Shown here: positions 21,126 to 33,574 of the stretch, one piece after another
Numbering within the stretch: position 1 is the stretch's first letter
How the letters are laid out: the number at the start of each line of letters is the position of its first letter
Assembly (NCBI GenBank): GCA_040285825.1
Contig: JAUPSS010000006.1
Coordinates: 930,001 to 994,000, forward strand
Source: Eukaryota sp. TZLM1-RC
Taxonomy: Eukaryota > Protista > Metamonada: BaSk clade
Reading direction: 5' to 3'
DNA: 64,000 nucleotides
Made by a program: the position numbers and the translations under genes
The notes under the pieces: generated by a model
What the model was told of the DNA's origin: nothing
Seen by the model: the letters and a program-made list of their open reading frames with translations, nothing else
The model's database searches: none

Positions 21126-22835
21126 GATAGGAGACAGAGAAAGGTAAGGACAAGACGTGAGACTGAATTTTATGGGATACTGTAGACAGGTCTACAGTCG
21201 ACCTAGTGTACAGTGACAAAAGTGTACAGTGACATCCTGGACTTCCAACTAATCAACTCAGAAATTTTGCTAAACAACATGCTTGTTTTAGGATGAAATG
21301 AATCAAATGTTGATATCTAAAATTCTAAGAAGTGCTTCAATATTGCAAATATAATTGATATTAGCTGTTTTCTCAAAAAAGAAATCATATAAGATCGAGA
21401 TTGGACATAATTGGAGATAGTGTCCAATCTGTGAAAAATCAGTTGAAGTCACAATCTTATTCAATGGTAGTGAAAGATTCGTTGTGATGTATTGGCTGTG
21501 CTGTGTGTTTCACTTACGCTAAAATCACAATTTGAAATATGGTTTACAAATTTCCTCTTATTCTGTCTTTATGGATACTTTTTTTGTGAATCAACAAACT
21601 TCATTTTTCATTTATTTCCACCGGTGCGGAAAACACATTATACTCATTGTATTGATTTTTACTATTATTGTAATTTTCATTTTTAATAGGAAACAATGCT
21701 GTGTGACTATATTTATTTATCCTTTGGTGTATTCTTCTAAACATGAATCCTGTTTCTCTGGTACAATGTGATCTTTGCAAGAACTCATTGAAATTTGTTT
21801 TCCAGTCTGGATACGTACAAATTATTCACAAAACTCGTGGTTAATTACAACTCGCAAGAAAGATATCAATAATTCAACAAATAGTGTTGAAGAACCCTTC
21901 GTTCACAATTTGTTTTGATGTAGACTTCCGGGTGTGTGTTTGGATCCAAACTACAAGAATTCTTTTATACACTTTTATTGAAATGAAAGCCAATTTATAC
22001 ACCGCGCAATTGAATTCAATATTGGAATGATGAAAAACTGTTCTACCTGATATTGTGGTGTTTCAATATATAAAATATTTGTCAAAAATATTGAGTACTA
22101 TTTCCAATAATCATTATTTTTTGCTGACCCAAATCTAATAACATGGCACTCACTTGGTTTTACTAATCGGTGAACGAAGCGTGAATGATTATGCACTTGT
22201 TTCAAAACATGTTACGTGGAGTAGATTCGAATTTTGTTTCAATGAAAAACGACAAATACATGTTGAAACACAGAAATCACTTTTGGCAAGCAGCAAAAGG
22301 ATACTGTTACTCATGTAACAGTACATTAGAAGAAGAGTGATCAAATATCAGTGAATACTGCCAACTTTAAACTATCCATTTCACCAACACACTGTCGGCA
22401 TTTGAGGAAGCCAATAAGCCATTTATTTATATTTAGTTGAACGACGTGAAATATATACTTTTATGTTTCATTGAATTCATTTAACTTTTGAATACTACTG
22501 CCATCAAAAGGTTTATTGTACACAAAGCTTAACACAACCAAAATTGACTCAGTCAATCCAAATAGTATTAACGATTCAATACCAAAAGACAACATCCGCA
22601 TCTGCCGAAACTACCGAAAAGATGAACTTAAGTCACATTCTTTTTAGTAAGTTATACAAGCCAATATTTTATTGTTAATTTGGAGTTTTTCTTCATAGAA
22701 GCAATAAGAATGGGTCAAATGCTGTGGAGTAGAAGGGTGCTTGGATGTGTCGACTCAAAAATTGTGTACATAATGATTGTTGCTGATGTTTCTTTTATTA
22801 TTCATCAATTAAATAATTACCATTATTTATCACTG

Positions 22836-25091
22836 TCAAGTTATTTCATCCTCAACCATATATTCGCGAAAGAAATAAAGCAAATACTTAGTAATTGGAT
22901 ACTTAATCCACCATGGAAAACAAGATAATTCCACTAAATATTCATTCTTGATTAGTTTAACAGATTTAATTAAACCATGACTAATGAGTTTTGTTGGAGA
23001 TAGAAAAGAATCTGACAAACTGTCCCTATCAGGTCCAATCAATTGAATCAATCTCAGAGAGGGAAAGTTTTGTTCGGTGATATCGGCAGGTACACCTTTG
23101 TGAATTATCAATTCCTTCATGTTTAGTAGCTGTGTTCCAATATAAATAGAATCACCTAGATGGGGCATGTATCTCAATTTAGTAGGGATATGTACTTCGA
23201 AAGTAGCAATAGATTGAGATAAAACAATTCTTTCCTTCGAAATAGAACTGGAAAAACTATCAGTGAGCACCACCAACTCTTTTAATGATGTAAGATTGCT
23301 TAAATCAGCAACTTCAATGTCACGGTGTTTCAGCACTAACTTCACTAGTGAAGTGGGTAATTGGTCTATTTCAAATGGATAATCAAGCTCCAAGCATTTG
23401 AGATTTGATAAATGTGCCAAATTGATAGATAATATTGTGTTAAAATACGACCTTCCATCAAGCTTAACAACTTCAACATTTGGGAAGTGTGATAATAAAT
23501 ATGGATCATAATCAACTTCATCATAGTGAACCGTAATTTTTCTTAATCTTGTATTAATTACTGTGGAGATTTTGTAATCGACAGTCAATCGTAAGTGTAA
23601 ATCACAAATGTCTAAATTGAAATTAAATTTCCTAGGATCTATTAAAAACATAGTGGTTTGAATAGGATATCCATCAAAAACGTCTTTGACAAGTCTGGCT
23701 ACTCTTTCACTAATACAACATTTCGAGCAAAATCTAGCTTTAACGTAAGAAGAATAACCAAACACAAAAGATAAATACTTCAAATATTCATAATAGATTA
23801 ATTTGATTAAAATATTGTACATTCTATCCAAAGGTTGTTTTGGATATTGAAAACTTCCAAGTATTTCAGATCCAAATAATTTCACAGGCTGTGGTCGATC
23901 AATCAAATCAGCTGTTCCTAATTGACCTTTATCATTCCTTCCCCAAGCCCAAACAGTGTTTTTGTTGTAGGCAAAAAGAAAGTCATGTCCTAAGGAAACA
24001 CCTTCTATTTTAGTTAAAGCTTCAAGACAAATGGTTTTACAATAACCCTCATCACCAAAAACATCAGATAATTCTCTTAAATTGCCCCATGCAAAAACTT
24101 GACCATTATAATCAACAGCAGTTTGAATAGCTGTATGACAAAAAACAAAATCAATATTACTTAACCCTGGAACTTTGATGGGTTTGTTATTAAAAGAATC
24201 TTTATCATCTGCCATGACAAACCTCCAAACATCGCCATTAGTATCAGCTACTAAAAGGTAAATCTTGTTGTGTAAAACATGACCAAATGAAACAGAATTC
24301 TTGAGGGGTTTTCTTGGAGTTAAATACTGAGTAACTGGTATCTTGGAGAGACCCCTCCCGCTGTAATAGTAAAAATTGTCTATAGAATCAATTGCGAAAA
24401 ACGAATTACCAGCAACAAACATACAAACAATAGAGTTTAATTCTTCAAATACTTCAAACGATTTACCCCTTCTCCATTTAACAACATGTCCTTCTTCGGT
24501 CAATGCAAATGAAACAGAAGTGCCAATAAAAATATCCTTGCATTTGTGAGGAATTTCGATTGATGTAATTGGTAGAGAATCATTGATTGAGTTATTGATT
24601 TGATAAAACCTATTCCAACCCCATCCATACAAAATACCCTCAGATGAGAGGGCAAGCGAGTGGTGAACACCAGCCGAAATTGAAATGATATTAGTTAATG
24701 GTAATTTGATTGGTAATTTGATTGCTTCCGGTCCAGTATAAAACACTTGACCATAATGATTATAGCCCCAACCATAAACATCACCAGAATAAGTAAGGAG
24801 GAGGCTATGGCCATAACAACTTGAAATACACTTGACGCCAACCACTGGATCCGATCGATCAGGACGTGTGTCGGTCAAATGTTGCTTCAACGAAGAAGAG
24901 GAAACGGATGCTACACTGTATTGCGACGACACGATGTTCGAATGGGGTTTACCAATCTCTCCTGAAGCTGATGGCCCGGATTTGGAATTTAAAGAGGAAG
25001 AAGATGCATTTTGAGGAATGAGGTGTATGTCTGAAGAAACATCAGCCGTTGAAACAGACTTGCTGGATAATGAACTAGCACGTTGACCCAT
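22836..25091 (-). CDS. RCC1/BLIP-II repeat protein with C-terminal LRR-like region
   Basis: RCC1 motifs HSLLLTYSGDVYGWGYNHYGQ, ISAGVHHSLALS and VWAWGRNDKGQLG. C-terminal repeats such as LSNLKCLEL and LPTSLVKLVL. Confidence 0.88.
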   Translation of the reverse strand: MGQRASSLSSKSVSTADVSSDIHLIPQNASSSSLNSKSGPSASGEIGKPHSNIVSSQYSVASVSSSSLKQHLTDTRPDRSDPVVGVKCISSCYGHSLLLTYSGDVYGWGYNHYGQVFYTGPEAIKLPIKLPLTNIISISAGVHHSLALSSEGILYGWGWNRFYQINNSINDSLPITSIEIPHKCKDIFIGTSVSFALTEEGHVVKWRRGKSFEVFEELNSIVCMFVAGNSFFAIDSIDNFYYYSGRGLSKIPVTQYLTPRKPLKNSVSFGHVLHNKIYLLVADTNGDVWRFVMADDKDSFNNKPIKVPGLSNIDFVFCHTAIQTAVDYNGQVFAWGNLRELSDVFGDEGYCKTICLEALTKIEGVSLGHDFLFAYNKNTVWAWGRNDKGQLGTADLIDRPQPVKLFGSEILGSFQYPKQPLDRMYNILIKLIYYEYLKYLSFVFGYSSYVKARFCSKCCISERVARLVKDVFDGYPIQTTMFLIDPRKFNFNLDICDLHLRLTVDYKISTVINTRLRKITVHYDEVDYDPYLLSHFPNVEVVKLDGRSYFNTILSINLAHLSNLKCLELDYPFEIDQLPTSLVKLVLKHRDIEVADLSNLTSLKELVVLTDSFSSSISKERIVLSQSIATFEVHIPTKLRYMPHLGDSIYIGTQLLNMKELIIHKGVPADITEQNFPSLRLIQLIGPDRDSLSDSFLSPTKLISHGLIKSVKLIKNEYLVELSCFPWWIKYPITKYLLYFFREYMVEDEIT

Positions 25092-25421
25092 CAATCTAAA
25101 GTTTATTTGGAATTGTGTTGAAATCCAAGAACCTCACCAGTGAGATTGTGTAGAAATCTGGTGAAAGCAAATATCTCGATGATTATTGGTGATAATTGTT
25201 CATCAATCAGTGACTTCAAAAGGACTAAATAATGCTGTTGGACTTGCTGTTTTAATCGAATCATAGATTTCCCTTATACCATCCACTGCTTAAAATGATA
25301 TGTGTTGTCAAAATATTCACTGATCAAACAGCACTTGTTCCAATATGATTTTTGCTGATTTATTTTCAAAATTTTCTAATAATTTACTCTTGTTGATTTC
25401 GGTGTTTTACAAATCCTCATG

Positions 25422-28408
25422 AAACAAAATGTAAAAGAAAATTTATTAGAAGGAAAGAGTCTAAGGTAGAACCCATAAATAATGCTCCACAAGTTGTTGC
25501 AAAACCAGTTAGCAATCGATTGAAGCACAAAACTTGCAACACTTGTGGTATTTCTTTTAGAAAAAATGCAAAAGGAAAAACTTCTGATCGCTGCTTGAAA
25601 TGCCGCATAGTTGATAACTACCATCCTCCTATAAGAATACCTCAAGAAATTCATCCGACCAAATGCAATGAATTTGCTTTCGTTTTTCAAAGATTTTTGG
25701 ATCAATTATGTAAAGGAAAGTATGCTATCAATATTATTTGGGAATTTTTTGGTTCTTTTTGTCCTCCTTTTGAACAAAATTTCGTTAATTTTTCCGAAGA
25801 TTTAACTAATATAGCACCGAGAAATCAGTCATCCGAGAAATTAAATAAAATTTTTGAGGACAAATGCTTTGAAAACAAATGGTCCAAGGCTTTGTCAGCT
25901 TTAAGTCCCGGATTCAAAGGACCGAACAATGAAAACACAATAGATAAACTGAAAATACTTCATCCTTAAAAAGACCCTATAATGGATCAAAATTTTTACG
26001 GCACATACTGGAAAAATCATCCATTGATGCCATCAGAAGTTTTTTCGGTTATCAAAAAGAGACCTCGTGGTAAGTCTGCCGGACTTTCTGGTATTACTAT
26101 TGATCATGTAAAAGCCGCGATTATTTCTTCAGAAGATTGCCTTGGTTTATTGACCAAATTTTTCAACCAAATATTATCTGGTCAACGCAAATACCCAGAA
26201 GAATTAAGAAGTTCTCGTTTGACTGCACTTGTCAAAAATTCAAAAATGGATGTTCGTCCTATTGCAGTCTCTGAGAGCTTACACAATATTTTTTCTGCGT
26301 GTTGCTTAAGCAGGTTCAATGAAAAAGCTAAAAAGATTTTATTACCCTTTCAATATGGTATAAATACTACAGATGGAGTCTCTTCAGCGATTTTTGCTAC
26401 TGATGTCTTATTTCGTCAAAATGAATCCAATGTTTGCATGTCATTGGATTTTAGTAATGCTTTCAATTCACTAAGTCGTCGCAGTATCCATGGTGCTCTA
26501 TTGCAATATATACCGGAATTAATACCATATTTTCAATCAACATATTGCACATATTCTAATTTACATTTTGGTAACACCATTTTGAGTTCATCAAGTGGCG
26601 TAAAGCAAGGAGATCCGTTGCGACCTCTTTTGTTTTGTTTGGCCATTCATCCTATTCTACTGCAAATTCAAGAGATGTTTCCTTCACTAAAAATGATTGC
26701 ATATATGGATGATGTTGTGCTTATTGGTGAATTAAATATTGTGAAAAAAGCAACTGTATGTTTTAAAGAATTATTTACCAAAATTGGTCTCCGACTTAAT
26801 TTACTTAAATGTGTTTTGTTATCGAATTCTCCAGTTTCCACAATAATTGATGATATTGAAATTCAAGCCAAATTATATTCAATTGATGCTATTCGTCATT
26901 TGGGTTCGTTTTTAGAAAATAATGATGAAATTACCAAAAAATTGTTTGAAAAGTTGAACTGAATTTCTGACAAAATTGACCGAATGATGAATTTAGATAT
27001 AAAAATACACATCAAATTTACCATTATAAGACTGTGTTTTAGTTCCAATTTTAATCATATATTTCGATCTACAAATCCTCTCGTCACTAGACCTTTGGCT
27101 CAAAAGTTTAATGAGTTACGTGCAAAAGTTCTGTCTCAATTACTGGGATGTAAAATGTTTCAAATTCCAGATCATGCTTACCTTAGTCCACATTATGGTG
27201 GTTTAGGGTGGACGAAGGCTTCTATTCTTACCTCGTGTGCTTTTGTTGGTGGATGCAGAAATGCAATCTTTGAGTTTTCCGAAAGATTTGCAGATTGGGA
27301 AGATTTATTGATGACAACGCAAAGTTCCACTGTTTTTGCATTAAATGAAGAAATTTCAAGAATTGATGTAGAAAAATGGGGTCGATGTTTTCCCCAATCA
27401 TTCAATGGCAATATTCCAGAAAAAAATGTTTAAAATTTGATGTACACTCTTCGAACATTACAGAAAAGATTGACTGGAATGTATGAAAAAGATCTTTATA
27501 ATAATATTTGCAGCTCGGCTGTTTTAAATCAAGATCTTCACTCATTGTTATTGGAAAAGGGTGTTTGTGAAAACAAGGCGTCAGATTCTTCACTTTTTGT
27601 AACCATTGTACCACGAACATTTGGATTGTGTGCCACTAATGAGCCATTTGTAACAAAAATGAGATTATATTTGAACATCCCCATTAACCAATTATTATCA
27701 AAAGAAAAATGTATTTGTTCGAATTCACCTCAACTCACTTTGCGCCATGCTTTAGATTGCTCTAAATTGATAACTTATCGTTCTTCATTACATGATGCTG
27801 TTAGAGACATTGTTTTCAATATGGCACAAACTGCAAGGATATCGTGTATCAAAGAGCCCCTGTTGAAGGAAACACTTTCTCTGAATAATTTTGGTTCTGA
27901 TGATAGAGGTGATGTATACTGTTATTGGATTGATAATTCTGAAGCTATTGTTGACTTTGTCTCATGTAATGTTGCAAATGATACTTTGGTTCACAGAAGA
28001 AAACTTAATCCTGTGGCTTCTCTGGATTTTAAAGCCAAAGAGAAACATAGAAAATATGATAAAGATATTGAAGAGGCTAATGTCGATAGAAATACACAGC
28101 TGGTTTTTATTGCTTTCCCATTTTCGATAAATGGAAGATTATCAGTTGAAGCAGAAACTTTTTTGGATGACTTCCAAAAAATGGTGCAAGAAAAAACAAT
28201 GAAAAGATTTGATATTTTTTTATGGCGTTCACGGATTCAATTTGCCATTATTAATAGATTACCACGGTTTTTCAATCGAATTAGAGAAGCTTTAGCTAGA
28301 CAGCAAGCAAATCAAGATTTTGTAGAGGAAATCTTGGTTCAATGATAGTCGTCCCATTAGTTATGATTTAATTTAATCAAGTGTGCAAATTCAATAAATA
28401 TAATTTTT
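25422..28408 (+). mobile_element. Family B near-full-length copy, 11-bp TSD, three in-frame nonsense mutations
   Basis: TSD aaatcctcatg at 25411-25421 and 28409-28419. ORFs 25520, 25982, 26984 and 27437 are all in one frame and encode C4 finger, RT, CCHC and RLE. Confidence 0.93.
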
Positions 28409-28924
28409 AAATCCTCATGTATTCTTTATCGAAATTCATCAAACTCAAAATTGATGGAAACTTCAAGCAATGTTTCTCTCAAGACACCCTTTTCAGCTGA
28501 TTCTTCTCGGATTATTTATTACTTATTGCTTATCTGTACATAAGGAACCACACATTACACCGGTAGGAATTACCATCGTAACACAACTCAGACATTATGT
28601 GAGCAATGAATTTTTACATGTTTGACATTAAGAGAAATCCTTTTTGATCAGGTTTTCTACTAGCTTTTATTTCAACAATGTCTCGTTTTCCACAACTAGG
28701 ACGTTTCTACTCAACCCATCAAGGTGACTTCAAGACCAAAAAATCCCGTAAATTTGTGACAACAGAACTGCCAGGATTTCACCTAGAAGACAAAATCAAA
28801 ATCAAACTGTAATCAAACTCTTCGTAATAAATAACTTTACACTTACACAAGCTATGTCTCACGGTAACCCTAGCCATGGACCATCAAATGGAGGAAATAT
28901 TTTCAAAATAATCAATTTAGTTGA

Positions 28925-29795
28925 TTAATAATCTAAGATTAATAATCCCGTCTTTGCTGCCTTTTTATCGGACATCCAGAACTGTACTAGTTTAATATCT
29001 CAGCAACCAAGGCCATTTGGTCTTCACTTAACAAATGAAGCTTGGAAACAAAACATGTGGTTGAGATTAGGAATGTATCCAAGTGGTCTTTTGGACAATT
29101 CTTATTGTATTTGTAACAAAAAACCTACTGCCAATTTCCGTCATATTGTGAGCTGTAAGAAATTTCTCCAATATAGGTCAGTTCTTCATAATGCCGTTCG
29201 TGATGTGACATATGAAATGTTCAAGTGTTACAATTGTAGTTGCAAAGTAGAACCATTGTTGAAGCATTATAGTGATGATAATCTGTTTAATTCACGTCGA
29301 GGTGATTAAAAAATTGCTCTTTTTGTGGATTCCTCTCAAGTTGTTGTTGATTTCACTACAGTTGATCCCTTTGCTTTTGTTTATCGTGATGATGTTTTAC
29401 TCAGTACTAATGGTCATTTAAACAAGGCTGAAGATCGTAAGAGAGATAAATATACTGAGATATTAAATGACTTAAGAACCTTAAATAAGAACCTTTATTC
29501 GAAGTTTTCGTTTGTTCCTTTTGCCTTTTCGATTTTTGGCAACATTGGACAATCCGCCTTGAATTTCATCAATGATTTTGGTAATTTTTGTCGTTCAAGT
29601 GGTAAGAATTTTGCAGAGAATTTATGGAAAAATCGTATCATTTTCGCTTTGTACAGAAGTGTTCCCAAGTACTTGAGTTTAATGATGTCCAAACTTTATA
29701 AAGATTCATCAAGAGTTGGCGTGGAGAATTTAGTTTCTTATGTGTTTTAGTTTGTTTTGTTTTTATTTGATTCTTCGTAGAAAATAAATAATTAT
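28925..29795 (+). mobile_element. Family C 5'-truncated copy (upstream member of tandem pair)
   Basis: Near-identical to 30430-31270 and ends in aataaata. Confidence 0.9.
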
Positions 29796-31296
29796 ATTAC
29801 GGGGAAGATGCTATTCGGTTTCTTGGATCTTATTTTGGAAATAGTGAAAAAGTTAAATCGATTTTGTCAGGTATTTTGGAAAAAATCGAAGAGCAACTTT
29901 TGGCTATTCAAGATCTACAAATTGACAAACATTTAGCGTTTTCGGTCCTCAATGTGTGTTTTGGATCAAAAATTAATCATCTTCTTCGTTCTTTATCTCC
30001 CACAATTTCTCATGATTTTGCACGTCAATTCAATACTTTGAGAACAAATTTCTTAGGAAATTTAGTAGAAGTTTGTCCATCTAAAATTCCTTATCATGCA
30101 TTCTTTAGTCCTAAATTTGGTGGAGTTGGTTTTTCAAAAGCAGAGTATTTATGCAAAAGTGCTTTTATTGGTGGTATGAAAAATTTTCTTTTTGAATGGA
30201 AACTTCGTTTTGATCATATTCCTTTGAATGAATCACATCCTTTATTAATTTCTCTTGACAAAATGGTGCAAGAACTACCTGTTGATGTTTGGAATAGGAG
30301 TTTTCCTTCAAGTTTGCCTACTGTGCCTTCGAGATCTTTCACCAATCTTCATCTTGCTGTTGTGAAATTACAGAAGTCTGTTCTTATTGGTTTTGAAGAC
30401 CTGGATTTTTCTAAACGACTTAGTGTGACTAAGATTAATAATCCCGTCTTTGCTGCCTTTTTATCAGACATTCAGAACTGTACTAGTTTAATATCTCAGC
30501 AACCAAGGCCATTTGGTCTTCACTTAACAAATGAAGCTTGGAAACAAAACATGCGGTTGAGATTAGGGATGTATCCAAGTGGTCTTTTGGACAATTCTTA
30601 TTGTGTTTGTAACAAAAAACCTACTGCCAATTTTCGTCATATTGTGAGCTGTAAGAAATTTCTCCAATATAGGTCAGTTCTTCATAATGCCGTTCGTGAT
30701 GTGACATATGAGATGTTCAAGTGTTACAATTTTAGTTGCAAAGTAGAACCTTTGTTGAAGCATTATAGTGATGATAATCTTTTTAATTCACGTCGAGGTG
30801 ATTTAATTGCTTCTTTTGTGGATTCCTCTCAAGTTGTTGTTGATTTCACTACAGTTGATCCCTTTGCTTTGGTTTATCGCGATGATGTTTTACTTAGTAC
30901 TAATGGTCATTTGAACAAGGCTGAAGATCGTAAGAGAGATAAATATACTGAGATATTAAATGACTTAAGAACCTTAAATAAGAACCTTTATTCGAAGTTT
31001 TCGTTTGTTCCTTTTGCCTTTTCGATTTTTGGCAACATTGGACAATCCGCCTTGAATTTCATCAATGATTTTGGTAATTTTTGTCGTTCAAGTGGTAAGA
31101 ATTTTGCAGAGAATTTATGGAAAAATCGTATCATTTTCGCTTTGTACAGAAGTGTTCCCAAGTACTTGAGTTTAATGATGTCCAAACTTTATAAAGATTC
31201 ATCAAGAGTTGGCGTGGAGAATTTAGTTTCTTATGTGTTTTAGTTTGTTTTGTTTTTATTTGATTCTTTATATAAATAAATTATTTATTATATTAT
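29796..31296 (+). mobile_element. Family C 5'-truncated copy (downstream member of tandem pair)
   Basis: Open 459-aa ORF covering thumb, CCHC and RLE. The pair is flanked by TSD aatttagttga at 28914-28924 and 31297-31307. Confidence 0.92.
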
Positions 31297-31360
31297 AATT
31301 TAGTTGAGTTTTTTGCATTGTGATTCCCTCCATATTTACCAAACATTCACCAATCTGAAC

Positions 31361-32455
31361 ATGACCTCAACTGATGGTGTATTCAGATGCTTCGTTGAAA
31401 CTTATCCCCACTTAGTGACTCGCCTTCGCAATACTCACCACTCTCACGCTTCTACTAGCCATAACCCTTATCATCTTGAAGGAGATGTCTGGAGCCACAC
31501 CTGTGCAGTGTCAGTCCTCTCTTCTACTTTTTCCATTGATCCCACTGTCTTCCTCTCGTGTCTTCTCCATGACATAGCCAAGCCAATGGTGCGTGTAGAG
31601 AAGATGAATAATGGTAACACCCGGACTCATTTCAAAAATCATGATTTATTTGGAGTTGTACCAGCCTACATCATCACAAAGCTCCTTCCCGCAGAATTTG
31701 GTTCAATCAATCCTCTAACAGTGGCTAAATTAGTTGGTCTACATATGAAGGTGATCGATCTTACACAAAGCTTAATGGATCAAGAACCTAATTTTCCAAT
31801 GATTTCTGCAATGTCACGTCTACTCGCCGGAAGTCCATTGACTTTTGTTGACCAACTTCTTCAAGTTTCAGCTGCAGATATTGCAGGTAGGTTTGGTTTG
31901 GTTCCAGTAAAGAGAAGACTCTTAGCACCAGGAAGTGCTTTGTCTTGTGCAACTGATTTGTATGGTCATTGGATATCCCAGCCGTTCAACATTCCCCTTA
32001 CGTGCAGACCGAGGCCGAAATCTTATTTATTATTAATTTTTGGGTATTTAAATCAACGAGAAGATTTAATTCAATTAATAAATAGCAAGGGTTTTGATTT
32101 AGTTAATGATCCACCAAACAATTTAGCTGGTATTGGTAATATTTTGAAAGAAGGTAAAAAGGTAGCAGTTTGGGTTAAGCATAATGTTATAGATTACCAA
32201 AAGTATACAACAATTGGAAGGAATTATCATAGCTTTATAGAAGGAATTGGAGTTTTTCCAAATAATAATTTTGAAGAAATTCTCTCCTGCACATTAGAAC
32301 ATTTTCTCAACAAAGACTTTTTTGAAAAGTATCCAACTGTTCCAATTATTACTTTGAATTATTTTGATAGAGTTAGTTTCACAGTGGGCATAGGTGAGTA
32401 TGAGACAAAAAGCAGAGGTGGTGTCAAGGACGAATTTCTCGCTGATGTTTGCTGA
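31361..32455 (+). CDS. HD-domain metal-dependent phosphohydrolase with degenerate C-terminal P-loop-kinase-like region
   Basis: Motifs NPYHLEGDVWSHT, CLLHDIAKP, HFKNHD, LVGLHM and ADIAGR give a complete H-HD-H-H-D ligand set. Confidence 0.82.
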   Translation: MTSTDGVFRCFVETYPHLVTRLRNTHHSHASTSHNPYHLEGDVWSHTCAVSVLSSTFSIDPTVFLSCLLHDIAKPMVRVEKMNNGNTRTHFKNHDLFGVVPAYIITKLLPAEFGSINPLTVAKLVGLHMKVIDLTQSLMDQEPNFPMISAMSRLLAGSPLTFVDQLLQVSAADIAGRFGLVPVKRRLLAPGSALSCATDLYGHWISQPFNIPLTCRPRPKSYLLLIFGYLNQREDLIQLINSKGFDLVNDPPNNLAGIGNILKEGKKVAVWVKHNVIDYQKYTTIGRNYHSFIEGIGVFPNNNFEEILSCTLEHFLNKDFFEKYPTVPIITLNYFDRVSFTVGIGEYETKSRGGVKDEFLADVC

Positions 32456-32737
32456 GTTTAATCAATAAATTGGATTATTTCTCTATCAATCACTATTATT
32501 TGCAATTTACTTGAATTTTGTCTATCCTTATTGATTGTGAGTATGAAGAAATTCAATTGGAAGTCTGTCGTTTTCATCTGAAAGAATTAACTGCTTAATC
32601 AATGAATAGAAAAATCAAAAGATTAATAAATCTCTGTTTTGAATGTGCTTACGTCGGAAAAACTAACTTGCTTTAACATATACTTTTCAACTATTGTTTT
32701 CTTCTTAACATGTTGTGTATTAATTTTTGTTAAATTT

Positions 32738-33416
32738 TTTCGTATTTATTGAATTTGCACACTTAATTAAAGTAACTCATAACTAATGGGACGAAAAATC
32801 ATTGAACCAAGATTTCCTCTACAAAATCTTGATTTGCTTGCTGTCTAGCTAAAGCTTCTCTAATTCGATTGAAAAACCGCGGTAATCTATTAATAATGGC
32901 AAATTGAATCCGTGAACGCCATAAAAAAATATCAAATCTTTTCATTGTTTTTTCTTTCACCATTTTTTGGAAGTCATCCAAAAAAGTTTCTGCTTCAACT
33001 GATAATCTTCCATTTATCGAAAATGGAAAAGCAATAAAAACCAGCTGTGTATTTCTATCGATATTTGCATCTTCAATTTCTTTATCATATTTTCTATGTT
33101 TTTCTTTTGCTTTAAAATCCAGAGCAGCCACAGGATTAAGTTTTCTTCTGTGAACCAAAGTATCATTTGCAACATTACATGAGACAAAGTCAACAATAGC
33201 TTCAGAATTATCAATCCAATCACAGTATACATCACCTCTATCATCAGAACCAAAATTATTCAGAGAAAGTGTTTCCTTCAACAGGGGCTCTTTGATACAC
33301 GATATCCTTGCAGTTTGTGCCATATTGAAAACAGCGTCTCTAACAGCATCATGTAATGAAGAACGATGAGTTATCAATTTCGAACAGTTCGGAGCATGAC
33401 GCAAAGTGAGTTGAAG
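32738..33416 (-). mobile_element. Family B 5'-truncated copy, 10-bp TSD
   Basis: RLE region is near-identical to other B copies. TSD tgttaaattt at 32728-32737 and 33417-33426. Confidence 0.9.
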
Positions 33417-33574
33417 TGTTAAATTTGGAGAATTATTTAAGAAATTTTTGTAAAGTATTTTGTTGAAACACTGAAAATTTGTTTTCATACTGTTTAAGAA
33501 CGTCTTATAGTTTTCATCAACTATTTCAACAACAAATGTTAAAATGTCATTTTTCAAAAGTGAAATTTTGAAGG

